From Candidatus Saccharimonadota bacterium (GTDB taxonomy: Bacteria > Patescibacteriota > Saccharimonadia > Saccharimonadales > Saccharimonadaceae), in contig JABCOK020000008.1 in assembly GCA_013333645.2 (NCBI GenBank), positions 1,741 to 65,740 of the forward strand: 64,000 nucleotides of DNA, given 5' to 3'. The notes under the pieces were generated by a model, which was given only the letters and a program-made list of their open reading frames with translations, made no database searches and was not told where the DNA came from. Both the position numbers and the translations under genes were made by a program. This document shows, piece by piece, positions 46,573-57,548 of this stretch (within the stretch, counting starts at the first letter, position 1; the number at the start of each line of letters is the position of its first letter).

Positions 46573-48417
46573 ATGAATAAAAAACCGTCGAAAGCGACCA
46601 ATGCCCTGCGTCTAGGGCTGTTTTGGGCGATTGTGGTGCTGGGTGTGCTGGCATTTTGGGCGATTAATTCGCCGCAGGCCAACCTCAAGGAGGTGCCGCT
46701 CTCGGACGTGGTGAACCGGGCAAATAATGGCAAGATTGCCAAGATAGAGATCCAAGGCAATGAGCTGACTGTTACACCCAAAGGCCAGTCTAAGCCAACC
46801 GAGCGCAGCCTCAAAGAAAATGGCACTATCTATACCCAAGGGCTCAAACATGACAAAACAGAGGTAAAGGTGCAAAATGAATCACAGACAGGGCTGCTGT
46901 TTTGGAATCTTGCGCCGATTGTCCTGTCGGTCGTGCTGTTTGGCGTTCTCTTTATGTTTATGATGCGCCAAGCTCAGGGGCAGAATAGCCAAGCGATGGG
47001 CTTTGGCAAGAGTAAGGCCAAGCTGTATGGCCTTGATAAAGAGCGGGTAGTATTTGATGACATTGCGGGTAATGAAAACGCCAAGCAGGATTTGCAAGAG
47101 GTGGTGGACTTCCTTAAGCACCCCAAGAAGTATCAGAGCCTCGGCGCTAAGATCCCTAAAGGGATTCTCCTTGTTGGTAACCCTGGTACCGGTAAGACGA
47201 TGCTGGCGCGCGCGGTCGCGGGTGAGGCTAATGTGCCGTTCTTTTCCATTAGTGGCTCAGAGTTTGTGGAGATGTTTGTTGGTGTGGGGGCGAGCCGGGT
47301 ACGCGACCTCTTTGCTAAGGCCAAGAAGAATGCGCCAGCCATTATATTCATTGATGAGATTGACGCCGTGGGACGTAAACGTGGCTCTGGCATGGGCGGT
47401 GGCCACGACGAGCGCGAGCAGACGCTGAACCAGATTTTGGTAGAGATGGACGGCTTTGAGGCTGATACAAACGTGATTATCCTAGCGGCAACCAACCGGG
47501 CCGATGTGCTCGACCCAGCGCTGCTACGCCCAGGCCGCTTTGACCGCCATACGACGATTAGCCTACCCGAGCGCAAAGACCGTGAGGCAATCCTCAAAGT
47601 GCACTTCAAGAACAAACCAACTGATGCATCGGTCGACCTCGACAAACTTGCTGCCAAGACAGCCGGTAGCAGTGGTGCCGACCTCGCGAACATGGCCAAC
47701 GAAGCAGCGATTATTGCAGCGCGCCGTGGCAAGAAGACGATCACCAACCAAGACCTGACCGAGGCCTTTGAGAAGGTGGCGATTGGCCCCGAGCGCAAAG
47801 CCAAGGTAATGACCGACCATGAGAAAGAACTCACGGCGTATCACGAGGCGGGTCATGCTATTGTGGGGCACGTCTTGCCGGATAGCGATCCGGTACATAA
47901 GGTGACCATCATCCCGCGTGGTGGTACGGGCGGCGTGACATGGTTCTTGCCTCCAGAAGACAAGAGCTACACCAATGTATACGAGTTTAAGGATATTCTG
48001 GCCCGGGCGATGGGTGGGCGGATTGCTGAGAAGCTGATCTACGGCGACGACGGTATTACAACTGGGGCGGGTAGTGACCTGCGCAAAGCGACGGAGATTG
48101 CCCGTGATATGGTGATTGAGCAGGGCATGGGTGCAAAGCTCCGCGACCAGGTCTTCCATGAAGATAATGGTGGTATGGTGTTTGATAAGATCACTCACGA
48201 GCGGCCATATAGCGATGCGACTGCTGAGGCGATTGACCATGAGGTGGAGGCGCTTATCAAAGAGGCTTCTCGCCGTGCTGAGATTGTCCTCTCGCACAAC
48301 CGTCCAGCGCTCGAGAAGCTTAAGGATGAGCTGCTTGCTCACGAGACACTAGAAGAAGACGAAGCTAAGGCTGCGATGGCAGATGCCACTTTGCCAACGG
48401 AGGCCAAGCTCCACTAG
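46573..48417 (+). CDS. ftsH: ATP-dependent zinc metalloprotease FtsH
   Basis: Walker A GNPGTGKT, Walker [18 protein letters not shown] zinc site; start 46573 (ATG) or 46561 (GTG). Confidence 0.95.
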   Translation: MNKKPSKATNALRLGLFWAIVVLGVLAFWAINSPQANLKEVPLSDVVNRANNGKIAKIEIQGNELTVTPKGQSKPTERSLKENGTIYTQGLKHDKTEVKVQNESQTGLLFWNLAPIVLSVVLFGVLFMFMMRQAQGQNSQAMGFGKSKAKLYGLDKERVVFDDIAGNENAKQDLQEVVDFLKHPKKYQSLGAKIPKGILLVGNPGTGKTMLARAVAGEANVPFFSISGSEFVEMFVGVGASRVRDLFAKAKKNAPAIIFIDEIDAVGRKRGSGMGGGHDEREQTLNQILVEMDGFEADTNVIILAATNRADVLDPALLRPGRFDRHTTISLPERKDREAILKVHFKNKPTDASVDLDKLAAKTAGSSGADLANMANEAAIIAARRGKKTITNQDLTEAFEKVAIGPERKAKVMTDHEKELTAYHEAGHAIVGHVLPDSDPVHKVTIIPRGGTGGVTWFLPPEDKSYTNVYEFKDILARAMGGRIAEKLIYGDDGITTGAGSDLRKATEIARDMVIEQGMGAKLRDQVFHEDNGGMVFDKITHERPYSDATAEAIDHEVEALIKEASRRAEIVLSHNRPALEKLKDELLAHETLEEDEAKAAMADATLPTEAKLH

Positions 48418-48433
48418 GAGCAGGGAGGTACCA

Positions 48434-50104
48434 GTGGCACATGGAGCAAATCGTCGGCGTGTCCGCTCAGTCGTCGCCAAAGCAAATAGCAAACTAAACA
48501 TCAAGAATGCTGCTGCCCTCCTGGCGGGCTCAACACTGCTGTCGAGCGTCTTGGGGATGTACCGTGAACGGCTCATCAACGGCATGTATTACGACACCTA
48601 CAAAGTGGGTGCTGATGCCTATACTGTAGCCTTTACTATCCCCGATTTCATGTTCTTTGTGCTGGTGTCTGGGGCACTGAGCGTATCCTTTATACCGGTG
48701 TTTAACCAGCGCTTAGCGTCAGGCAACAAGCAGTCGGCATGGGATTTGAGCTCGAGCTTAATCAACTTCTTGGCACTCACCACCTTAGCGGCGAGTATTT
48801 TGATTATGATCTTTGCTGAGCCGCTTGTGAATGTCGTGGTGGGGCCGGGGCTCAGCGAGTCAGGGCGAAGCCTGGCAGTGAGTATGATGCGCGTGATTGC
48901 GGTCAATCCATTCCTTTTCTCTATCTCTACCGTCATTGCGAGTATGCAGCAGGCGATTGGGCGCTTTACCTTCTACGCGTTGGCGCCAACGATCTACAAC
49001 ATCGGTATTATCATCGGTGCAACCTTCTTTACGAACGGTATTAATATCTTTGGCTGGCAGGTGTTTGATGGCGGCATTATGGGTGTAGCATTGGGTGTGG
49101 TGCTAGGCTCGGTGCTACAGTTGATTGTTAGCTCGATTGGCCTGCTTGGCTTGGACTTTGACTATCGCTTTATAATCAAGCGCAAGAACAAGAGCTTTCG
49201 TCAGGTGCTGCGTCTGCTGCGGACGCGCTCACTCGACCAAGGGATTGACTACTTCAATGGTCTTGTGGAGACAAACCTCGCTTCGCGCATGGCTGATGGG
49301 ACGGTGCGAGCTTACCAACAGGCGTCGTCATTGTCGTTGATGCCAGTGAACTTGATTGGTGTGGCAATTAGCAATGCAGCCTTCCCGCAAATGACGGAGC
49401 ACCTGGGGGCGGGGCGCGAGGATCTCTTCCGCAAAGAATTGCAGGTGATGATCCGGGTGATTATTTGGCTGGCATTGCCAGTAGCGGTTATTACCTACTT
49501 TGCACGAGGCTATGTGGTGAGCTTTATCTATAACGGGGGTGACCCAGTGATATCGGGTTTTCTTGGAGTGCTGGTTTTGACGATATTTTTCCGCACGATT
49601 TATCATATTGCAGCACGTAGCTTCTATGCACAGCAAGATACCAAGACGCCGCTTTATATCTCGTTCTTTGCGATTGGGTTTAACATTATCCTGGCGATTA
49701 TCTTGGTAAATCTCTGGTCCAAGAACCAAAACCCAGGCTATGGCCTAGCTTGGGCGCAGTCTATCACAGCCGTGGTGGAGGTGATTGTCCTCTTCTTCTT
49801 CATGGGGCGGCGTATGCCGAGGCTGTTTGACCGCAGCTTCGTCAACAGTATCTACAAGATGGTCGTCGCTGCAGTGCCAACTGGTTTGGCTGCTTATCTG
49901 AGTGTGGTGATGATCCCCTTTGGTACGAACGATAAGAGTTTCTTCCTTGCCTTCCCGAAATTTATTATGATCACAGTAGTGAGCTTTGCGGTTTATATAT
50001 GGTTCAGCCGGCGGCTGAGGCTTAAAGAGGCCGAGCCAGTGCTCAATCGGCTGCGGCAGATCTTCTTTGGACGAATTAACCTTGGCTGGAACTGGAAGCG
50101 CTAG
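48434..50104 (+). CDS. murJ: Lipid II flippase MurJ
   Basis: GGAGG 5 nt before GTG 48434; MurJ/MVIN pattern LSSVLGMYRERLI...DAYTVAFTIPDF; about 14 TM helices. Confidence 0.85.
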   Translation: MAHGANRRRVRSVVAKANSKLNIKNAAALLAGSTLLSSVLGMYRERLINGMYYDTYKVGADAYTVAFTIPDFMFFVLVSGALSVSFIPVFNQRLASGNKQSAWDLSSSLINFLALTTLAASILIMIFAEPLVNVVVGPGLSESGRSLAVSMMRVIAVNPFLFSISTVIASMQQAIGRFTFYALAPTIYNIGIIIGATFFTNGINIFGWQVFDGGIMGVALGVVLGSVLQLIVSSIGLLGLDFDYRFIIKRKNKSFRQVLRLLRTRSLDQGIDYFNGLVETNLASRMADGTVRAYQQASSLSLMPVNLIGVAISNAAFPQMTEHLGAGREDLFRKELQVMIRVIIWLALPVAVITYFARGYVVSFIYNGGDPVISGFLGVLVLTIFFRTIYHIAARSFYAQQDTKTPLYISFFAIGFNIILAIILVNLWSKNQNPGYGLAWAQSITAVVEVIVLFFFMGRRMPRLFDRSFVNSIYKMVVAAVPTGLAAYLSVVMIPFGTNDKSFFLAFPKFIMITVVSFAVYIWFSRRLRLKEAEPVLNRLRQIFFGRINLGWNWKR

Positions 50105-50107
50105 CGT

Positions 50108-51079
50108 ATGGAACATATCCGTAATTTCTGCATCATCGCCCATATCGACCACGGCAAAAGCACCCTGGCCGACCGCATGATGGAGCTAACAGGCACCGTT
50201 ACCAAGCGGGATATGAAGCAGCAGTTGCTAGATAGCATGGATCTGGAGCGCGAGAAGGGGATTACCATCAAGCTCGCCCCAGTGCGGATGAAGTATGAGT
50301 ATGGTGCGGAGAATGCGGACCCTACCAGTGCGCAGACACAGAGCGAGCCAGCATCGAAACGAAACCAGAGCGATAATACCGCACCCCAACCTGGCACCTA
50401 CGACCTCAACCTGATTGATACCCCCGGCCATGTTGACTTCAGCTACGAAGTATCGCGTAGCTTGCAGGCCTGCGAAGGCGCAGTATTGGTGGTGGATGCC
50501 AGCCAGGGGATCCAGGCGCAGACGCTTGCTAATGTGTATCTCGCGATGGAGCAGGACCTCACGATCATCCCGGTGCTCAACAAAGTTGACCTGCCAGCAG
50601 CCGATGTGCCGCGCGTCTCCAAGCAGGTGATTAATCTGCTCGGCTGCGATGAGAGCGATATTATTCATATCTCAGCCAAGACTGGGCAGAATGTGCCGCA
50701 GGTACTGCGGGCTATCGTTGAGCGTATCCCAGCGCCGGTGTCGCCACTGGCGGTGCAGGCTGAGCACATGGCCGCGCAGAGTGGTGATAGGCCAGCCATA
50801 CCAACGCGTGCCCTGATTTTTGATAGCTACTACGACGACTACCGTGGGGTTATTCTTTATGTGCGAGTGGTAGATGGCACGATACCGAAAGGTGCGGATA
50901 TCACCATGATGGCTACCGGAGCCCGCGGTCTTGCTCTGGAGGTAGGGCACCTGAGCCCAACCATGCAGCCCGACCCACTGCTTGGCACCGGCGAAATCGG
51001 CTACATCGTCACCAACCTGAAGACGACGCGTGAAGCGCGGGTGGGTGATACGGTGACGCTCAAGAAATACTTCGAGTAG
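50108..51079 (+). CDS. lepA: Elongation factor 4 (LepA), N-terminal piece: G domain + domain II
   Basis: [21 protein letters not shown]; ends [12 protein letters not shown]. Confidence 0.9.
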   Translation: MEHIRNFCIIAHIDHGKSTLADRMMELTGTVTKRDMKQQLLDSMDLEREKGITIKLAPVRMKYEYGAENADPTSAQTQSEPASKRNQSDNTAPQPGTYDLNLIDTPGHVDFSYEVSRSLQACEGAVLVVDASQGIQAQTLANVYLAMEQDLTIIPVLNKVDLPAADVPRVSKQVINLLGCDESDIIHISAKTGQNVPQVLRAIVERIPAPVSPLAVQAEHMAAQSGDRPAIPTRALIFDSYYDDYRGVILYVRVVDGTIPKGADITMMATGARGLALEVGHLSPTMQPDPLLGTGEIGYIVTNLKTTREARVGDTVTLKKYFE

Positions 51080-51105
51080 TTATAACATGTGCTATAGTTT
51101 ACTGT

Positions 51106-51723
51106 ATGATGGCTGCGATAAAAAAGTACGACACATTCATCGCCATCTTGTTTGCTGGCCTAATTATGCTATTCATCGCCGTGGCATTTACTACTCCGAG
51201 TTTTTGGGATTGGCTGTGGCAGCGGCATCACAACCAGCTTAGTTGGTATATCCGCCCGTTGTTCTTGATACCGTTTTGCTGGTTTGCCTATCGGCGGAGC
51301 TGGGCGGGGATAATGATGGTGATATTCTTGACCTTGACCAGCATGGGATGGTTTGCCCCGCCCGATGAAACGAATTTACAGGTGCAACAGTTTTTGCAAG
51401 TTGAGCAGCAGTATCTGCAGGGTGGATGGACATTAAGTAAGTTTTTCCTCACATTGCTTATACCATTATCCTTTAGTACTTTAGCAGCGGCATTGTGGTG
51501 GCGAAATATCTGGCTGGGAGTGGCAGTCATGGCGTTAATGGCTGCCGGTAAATTGTTCTGGAGTATAACTTTTTCTGGTGAAGCTGGTCTGGCGGTGATT
51601 GCCCCTGCGACAATTGGATTTGTTCTATGTAGTGGCTGTTTGTGGTTGGCTACAGTGCTGTCTCGTCGTCGTATTTCTAGGGTTAAGAAAATGAATTTTA
51701 TTAAGAAAGGGTCAAATAGGTAA
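51106..51723 (+). CDS. Polytopic membrane protein (about 6 TM)
   Basis: Hydrophobic helices throughout, Trp-rich; TATAGT 7 nt before ATG. Confidence 0.65.
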   Translation: MMAAIKKYDTFIAILFAGLIMLFIAVAFTTPSFWDWLWQRHHNQLSWYIRPLFLIPFCWFAYRRSWAGIMMVIFLTLTSMGWFAPPDETNLQVQQFLQVEQQYLQGGWTLSKFFLTLLIPLSFSTLAAALWWRNIWLGVAVMALMAAGKLFWSITFSGEAGLAVIAPATIGFVLCSGCLWLATVLSRRRISRVKKMNFIKKGSNR

Positions 51724-51748
51724 AGCTATTATCCATATTTTGCCAACA

Positions 51749-52327
51749 ATGTCATCACACCACCTGCAAAGATGGCGTATGCTATCGTCGCGGACGCTCT
51801 TCGAGAGCCCTCGGCTTACCGTCGCAGAAGATACAGTAGAGCTGCCAAATGGAAAGACAATCCAATATATCCATTATCCCTACCATGGGCATGGTGGGGT
51901 AATCGTAGTGTGTCGCCGAGGTGACAATATCTTGGTGCAGCAAGAGTATTCGTACCCGGTGGATGAAGTGTTATATCAGTTCCCGGGCGGGAAGATCGAA
52001 TCGGGTGAGGATGTGTGTGCGGCGGCGCAGCGAGAGCTGGCTGAGGAGTCGGGCATTGCCATGACAGGTGTGCGAGCGTGTGGTTGGCTCTATGCCGACA
52101 ATCGTCGCACCAGTGCGAAGCTCCATGTGGTTTACGGCGAATATGCTGGGACAAACCACCAACATCGGCCGGATGACACCGAGCAAATCATTTCGGAGTG
52201 GCTGCCGATTGCCACCATCCACCGCATGGTCGCTACTGGTGTAATCACCAACTACGCCATGCTCGCTGCCTGGGCTTTGCTCGCCAGCACCCTCCAGCAA
52301 GTAGGAGACTCTCGTGCGAACGAGTAG
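51749..52327 (+). CDS. Nudix hydrolase
   Basis: Canonical Nudix box GKIESGEDVCAAAQRELAEESGI; alternative TTG start at 51740. Confidence 0.85.
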   Translation: MSSHHLQRWRMLSSRTLFESPRLTVAEDTVELPNGKTIQYIHYPYHGHGGVIVVCRRGDNILVQQEYSYPVDEVLYQFPGGKIESGEDVCAAAQRELAEESGIAMTGVRACGWLYADNRRTSAKLHVVYGEYAGTNHQHRPDDTEQIISEWLPIATIHRMVATGVITNYAMLAAWALLASTLQQVGDSRANE

Positions 52328-53156
52328 TGTGGAATTACCATCGGCCAGTGAACTGCGCACAATGATACACCAAGAATCGCCACGGTTAGCTCGGCACCAG
52401 GATTATCTTGACGCACGGCCGTGGTTGTTTGCAGAGCTGAAACGGATTGCACATAACGCTGGTATCGATACAGCTGTTTTTGATCATTATACAATGTACG
52501 ATTTTGATGATACTATATCGAAGCTTCATCGGTTCACAGTGCAACTTGCTGATTACTTGGCTCAACATGCTCATCATAGCGAAGCTGCTACACTCTACGA
52601 GGTGCTCGCAAAGGGTAACCCACCAAGGCCGTCGGATGTCATACTGGTGTTTGGCTCGGCAGAGAATTGGCGAATTGCTACTGCAGTGGAGTTGTATCAT
52701 GCTGGTGTTGCTCCCAAAATAATGATTGCTGGTGCTTCGCCGCGCTGGGCAGTTGCCTACGGTAAAGATACTCCTGTAGCCGAAGCTTGGCGCATGGCGG
52801 AGTATGCTCTAACTCATGGTGTCCCGGCAAGGGATATCATCATCGAAGATCAATCAATATCCATCCCAGACAATGTGAAGCGCAGTATTGACTGCTGGGA
52901 AGCGATGCTGTGGTGCCCACGACGTATTATATTGGTGACGAGCGAATTTAATGTTCGCCGTGCAGAGATGAATATGTATAAGTTTGCGCCATGGCCAGTA
53001 GAGATCTTTACCGCAAGCCCTGAGCCAAGCCCAGCCTTAAGAGTGGACACATGGATAGCAACCGACCGTGGCCGCCGCCTCATCCTCAACGAATATGCTA
53101 AAATTATAATAGAAAGTACCATTGATCATCTGCTGGCGGCAGAGAAGGGAGTGTGA
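52314..53156 (+). CDS. DUF218 / YdcF (ElyC-SanA) family protein
   Basis: VILVFGS...LYHAGVAPKIMIAG...GVPARDIIIEDQS...ILVTSEFNVRRA pattern; overlaps the upstream stop. Confidence 0.75.
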   Translation: MRTSSVELPSASELRTMIHQESPRLARHQDYLDARPWLFAELKRIAHNAGIDTAVFDHYTMYDFDDTISKLHRFTVQLADYLAQHAHHSEAATLYEVLAKGNPPRPSDVILVFGSAENWRIATAVELYHAGVAPKIMIAGASPRWAVAYGKDTPVAEAWRMAEYALTHGVPARDIIIEDQSISIPDNVKRSIDCWEAMLWCPRRIILVTSEFNVRRAEMNMYKFAPWPVEIFTASPEPSPALRVDTWIATDRGRRLILNEYAKIIIESTIDHLLAAEKGV

Positions 53157-53158
53157 AT

Positions 53159-53662
53159 ATGGGGTACGTTGGCTCGTATGTGTGGCAGTTGCGCCAGAAG
53201 GTTGGGGATAAGAAATTACTCACGACAACTGTTGATGTCTTGCCTGTTGATGAAACAGGGCGTGTCAAGCTCATCTACGCTAAAGCCTTTGATCGATGGA
53301 GTACAGTAGGTGGACACGTCGAGGAAGGCGATAGTTATGCCAGTGCGGCACTACATAAGCTGCGTGAAGAAGCAGGAATCACTGCGCACGCCAGCGACCT
53401 TGAGCTCTTTGCAACGCAGTCTGGACCAGGGCGGGTGTATCATTATCCTGATGGTGACACACAAGCCTTTACTGTAGTGTTTTGCCTCAAGCAATGGCAA
53501 AGCGAGGCATCGCACACTGATACTGAGGAAGTAGCGACAGGCCAGTGGTTCTCGCTAGACGAAGCATTGCAGCTCAATACGAATGACGCCACACGCCAGA
53601 TTCTCACTGCCTACCAGAGGTATAACGAGACGGGTGTGGTGCAGATGATAGAGGAACGGTAA
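53159..53662 (+). CDS. Nudix hydrolase (box partly variant)
   Basis: GGHVEEGDSYASAALHKLREEAGI (E->D and RE->HK, EE retained); GAAGGGAG SD; GTG 53153 overlaps the upstream stop. Confidence 0.75.
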   Translation: MGYVGSYVWQLRQKVGDKKLLTTTVDVLPVDETGRVKLIYAKAFDRWSTVGGHVEEGDSYASAALHKLREEAGITAHASDLELFATQSGPGRVYHYPDGDTQAFTVVFCLKQWQSEASHTDTEEVATGQWFSLDEALQLNTNDATRQILTAYQRYNETGVVQMIEER

Positions 53663-53690
53663 CACTTTGCCTACCTAATAGAGGATCGGT

Positions 53691-54302
53691 ATGACGCAAG
53701 AAAGACTCCTGACAGAAAAGGACACAGCACATAACAGTGAAGATGAAGCAAAGGCGGGCTGGCACACAGCTTTTGCAGGCATGATGTTTGATGTCCAACA
53801 TAATAACAAGGGCTGGGAAAGGGTGGTGCGAGCGCCAGGCGTGCGCATTATACTTGATGATCAAAGCAGTGGTACAATCTTGCTCACCCGCGAATTTCGT
53901 CATGAGCTGGATGGATATGATTATCGCCTGCCAGGAGGTAAGGTGTTTGATTCACGTGCCGATTACCAAGCTGCTTGCGCCCAACATGTTGATATAATTC
54001 AAGCCGCGACGACGAAGGCTGTGCATGAGGTGCAAGAAGAAGCGGGCTACACGATTGTCGATCCGCAGCTTATTCATATCTCGACACTTGGTGCGACGGT
54101 GAAGTGGGATTTATATACATTTGTTGCAACGAATTTTATAAAAAGTGATGATGGGCAGCAACTTGAGGATGGCGAAGTGATTCAGACAGACTTGTGGTTT
54201 TCGTATGATGAGGTGCGCGAAATGGCCTTGAAAGGTGACATGCGCGAGGATAGAATCGCGATGGTATTATTACGGTATCTAACAGATAAAAAGAATGAAT
54301 AA
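53691..54302 (+). CDS. Nudix hydrolase with an insertion inside the Nudix box
   Basis: LPGGKVF...(about 14-aa insert)...AVHEVQEEAGY. Confidence 0.7.
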   Translation: MTQERLLTEKDTAHNSEDEAKAGWHTAFAGMMFDVQHNNKGWERVVRAPGVRIILDDQSSGTILLTREFRHELDGYDYRLPGGKVFDSRADYQAACAQHVDIIQAATTKAVHEVQEEAGYTIVDPQLIHISTLGATVKWDLYTFVATNFIKSDDGQQLEDGEVIQTDLWFSYDEVREMALKGDMREDRIAMVLLRYLTDKKNE

Positions 54303-54335
54303 CGAGAAAGATAATATTTAACAGAGCTAGCCACG

Positions 54336-54899
54336 ATGAGCAAATTCGACACCATGACACCAGAAGAAATTGGCCAGCTCTTTCCTATAGAGGTGGTACC
54401 ATATGATGAACGGTGGCAACAGTTATTCATGGCTGAGGCAGCGCGGGTAAGTGGTGTGCTGGGTGATGAGGTGTGTGCCATCGAGCATATTGGTAGCACA
54501 GCAGTGCCGGGATTGGCAGCCAAACCGATCATTGATAGCCTACTCATTGTGAGCAAGCTTGATAGTCGAGCGAAGCAGCGGCTGATAGAGCAGCTTCGCC
54601 CGCTTGGCTACGAAAATATGACTAATGCTGAGACGGAACTGACGATGGAGTTTGGCAAAGGCTATGACGTGGATGATCCGCTACGCCAAAAGTATCATCT
54701 CCATGTCGAGCAGGCAAAGGTGATGCCGTCGCCGAAGATTATCTTTCGTGATCGCTTGCGGAGTAGCCGCGTCTTGCGCGAGAAGTATACCAAACTCAAA
54801 CGCGAGCTGGCGCAGCAGTATCGGCATAACAGAGAGGCATATACGGCAGGTAAGGCAGCCTTTGTGCGGATCGTCTCAGATCTTCAATCGCTAAGGTAA
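54336..54899 (+). CDS. GrpB-family (nucleotidyltransferase-fold) protein
   Basis: IEHIGSTAVPGLAAKPIID signature. Confidence 0.8.
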   Translation: MSKFDTMTPEEIGQLFPIEVVPYDERWQQLFMAEAARVSGVLGDEVCAIEHIGSTAVPGLAAKPIIDSLLIVSKLDSRAKQRLIEQLRPLGYENMTNAETELTMEFGKGYDVDDPLRQKYHLHVEQAKVMPSPKIIFRDRLRSSRVLREKYTKLKRELAQQYRHNREAYTAGKAAFVRIVSDLQSLR

Positions 54900-54942
54900 G
54901 TGCTATGTCTATAGAACAATAAGATGGTTCATATACAGCTGA

Positions 54943-54971
54943 TTGACATTGGTTTACAATTATCCTATTAT
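54943..54971 (+). promoter_or_regulatory. Near-consensus sigma-70 promoter TTGACA-17-TATTAT, 6 nt from ATG 54978
   Basis: TTGACA 54943-54948, 17-nt spacer, TATTAT 54966-54971, TGTCAC, ATG. Confidence 0.7.
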
Positions 54972-54977
54972 TGTCAC

Positions 54978-57461
54978 ATGCCAAATGGAGAGACAGTAAG
55001 AAAACGCACGCTATTGCACGAGTCAAATATGCCTGCCGATACAAACAAGGAAGATAATAAGCAGAAGGACGCACCTCCAATTGCGGCGGCGTTAGCAAAA
55101 TGTAGCATTGACGCGACTGAGCTATCTTCACAAAAGAGCCATACAGTTGAGGAGATTCGGGATTATATCAGCTGTCGAGATTATTCTAAGCCGACTGCGC
55201 ATCTTGACTTGACTACGGAGGATGCACAAAAAATGCTTGACTCTGGAGATGAGGTGACACTGTTGGTTGGCCTTAAGTACTTTGGTCAACTCGACCCCAC
55301 TATTGCGCAGCAGATATGTGATATTGGTTCAATTGCAGTGCCTTTTCGGCTCAAACAATTCCCCGGCATTGATTATGATGATATCACAAAGCGCATGACA
55401 CAGGCTGGTCACAAATGGGTATCTCAGGTTGGCCTGGAAAACTTTACAGAATTAAACGATGAATTAGCGCATCGAATGGTTGAAGCAGGGGAGGGAGGCT
55501 TAGCTTTACGTAGGGAAGAGGTGCAGATTGCTGATGTAGATAGTGTGCTGTGCCATATGATAGATTATGGCGATGTTGATGACGTACTCATGGCAATAAA
55601 TAGCCCGCAAGAAGATAGATGGAACAGTATTGATATTACAAAAGTGGTAAGTTATATTGCTCGGCATAAAGGGCTAAATGAGGATGATCTTGAGCGTATT
55701 ATAAAGAACAACTCTAGTGTTGATCGCACAACCGTCTCGCTTGCACTTATTGAGCATGGTTCAGCTGATATGGTCTTTACAATGCTTGATAGCATGGCTG
55801 TTGATCAACAGAGATTTGCTGCCGGATTGACTGATCGCTATGAAGTACTTCTCGAATCAGACGTTTCTGATGAGACATTTGCTCGATGTGGTGAACTTAT
55901 GGGAGACAAGCGTCCTGATTCTATGGTGCGAGCAGAAGAATTCTTTGGCTCAGCAACAGTTTCGCGGGTGAAACTACTTCAAGAGATGCTTGATGGTAAT
56001 GTCCCGGATACAGTGCGTCAGCTTGGTGTTACATCAGCAGGAGAGGCTGGTATTACTGAGTTGCGGAGTGTGATTGAAACATTTCGACAAGCTTTTCAGG
56101 CGGCAGAGCTTGATGAGGTCTATACAAAACAGCTTGAGGAATCGCCAGTTTTGCGTGATGTTCTCATGACATTAACGGGCTATAAAGGTTCTCGTTGGGG
56201 TGGCAATAGCGATGCGGGGTTACAGGAAAAAATTCGTTATCATAACCAAGCAGCCGAAGACGGTCGCATTGCTACCATGAAGGAATTCTATCAGCCAAGT
56301 GATGTTTACAGCATAGCAACTGTTGCTGGTAAGAAAGAACGCATAGGTTGGACCCCAGATGTTATTGAACGCTATGATGTATTACGAAATGATATTATGC
56401 ATGCTCGCGCGCTAACGGGTCCTCAGGGTGGTGGTATGCGTCAAGCAATCGATGAATTGCGCGCTGATATCTCTGTTGAACTAGAAGATTTACAACATCG
56501 TATTGATACTACTGACAATAATGATCCAAAAGCAAATATCAAGGTTAGTAACCTTAAGCGTCGCAAGGTTGCTCTCCAGAAGTATGTCGAGCAAGTTCAA
56601 CAAGGAGATTTTGCTGATACTACCCGCTTTGTAATGGATTCCCCGGCTGACTTTACGCGAGGGTTTCAAGAACTACAACCGTATAAGAGCTTACATCAGT
56701 CAATGCGTCGACTGGTTTACGCCTGGGCGATGCGCAAACAGCCAAACCAACGTCGTGAGATGGCTGGTCTGAGTGTTCAGCCGTCGATTGAATCACTAGC
56801 AAGTATGCGTGAGTTTATAGAGCATATTGTTAATCAAGAAGTATATGGCCAGTATTTTAGTGATAAGAAGCAAGCAAATAAGTTTAAACAGATGAATAGT
56901 ACCCGTGCTCTTGAAGAGGCGATGAATCTGCACCAGCAAAAAGCCGAACGACTCGGTACGACTACTCTACAGTTTATTCCAACAAGAGGCATACTAATGG
57001 AGATGTCGGGACAAATTGCCGATGCATGCTGGGCTGATAAATATGATTCATTAGCAGAAGACTTTCCGAACTTTACTTCTCTTATGATTAAAGCGCGACC
57101 TGGTAAGAAGAGTGAGCGGATCGTTGGCGCAGCAATGCTTATCGAAACGCGTGATAGCCAAACAGGTGATAATGTACTATTGGTGCGTGGGCTCAACCCA
57201 ACAGAAAACTATATTCACAAAATAGACGTTGGCGAGTTTTATAATGCTATTGTAGATTACGTATCAAAGACAGCCGAAGCAGCTGGTGCAAAACCTGCCA
57301 TTGTTATAGATGACCATAGTGGCGGATCAACGACAAATAGGCCAACGCTTTATGGCTATATTCGTGCTCAGCAGCCGACATTGCCGAAAGTATCGGTACC
57401 TCGCGATGAAACATTCTTCAACACATATGACGTTTCAAGTAAAAGTCATCTCCTTCACTAA
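54978..57461 (+). CDS. Large orphan protein (827 aa), no recognised domain
   Basis: Long uninterrupted ORF; start set by promoter geometry (track start 54924); helical repeat-like N-half, globular C-terminal ~200 aa. Confidence 0.75.
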   Translation: MPNGETVRKRTLLHESNMPADTNKEDNKQKDAPPIAAALAKCSIDATELSSQKSHTVEEIRDYISCRDYSKPTAHLDLTTEDAQKMLDSGDEVTLLVGLKYFGQLDPTIAQQICDIGSIAVPFRLKQFPGIDYDDITKRMTQAGHKWVSQVGLENFTELNDELAHRMVEAGEGGLALRREEVQIADVDSVLCHMIDYGDVDDVLMAINSPQEDRWNSIDITKVVSYIARHKGLNEDDLERIIKNNSSVDRTTVSLALIEHGSADMVFTMLDSMAVDQQRFAAGLTDRYEVLLESDVSDETFARCGELMGDKRPDSMVRAEEFFGSATVSRVKLLQEMLDGNVPDTVRQLGVTSAGEAGITELRSVIETFRQAFQAAELDEVYTKQLEESPVLRDVLMTLTGYKGSRWGGNSDAGLQEKIRYHNQAAEDGRIATMKEFYQPSDVYSIATVAGKKERIGWTPDVIERYDVLRNDIMHARALTGPQGGGMRQAIDELRADISVELEDLQHRIDTTDNNDPKANIKVSNLKRRKVALQKYVEQVQQGDFADTTRFVMDSPADFTRGFQELQPYKSLHQSMRRLVYAWAMRKQPNQRREMAGLSVQPSIESLASMREFIEHIVNQEVYGQYFSDKKQANKFKQMNSTRALEEAMNLHQQKAERLGTTTLQFIPTRGILMEMSGQIADACWADKYDSLAEDFPNFTSLMIKARPGKKSERIVGAAMLIETRDSQTGDNVLLVRGLNPTENYIHKIDVGEFYNAIVDYVSKTAEAAGAKPAIVIDDHSGGSTTNRPTLYGYIRAQQPTLPKVSVPRDETFFNTYDVSSKSHLLH

Positions 57462-57548
57462 TATCCTCGTCCTCACTTACAAGAATACTTCCTGAACTTC
57501 CATGTGGCAGAATGCTACGATTAGTCGCACAACTTAAGAAGTGGCTGA

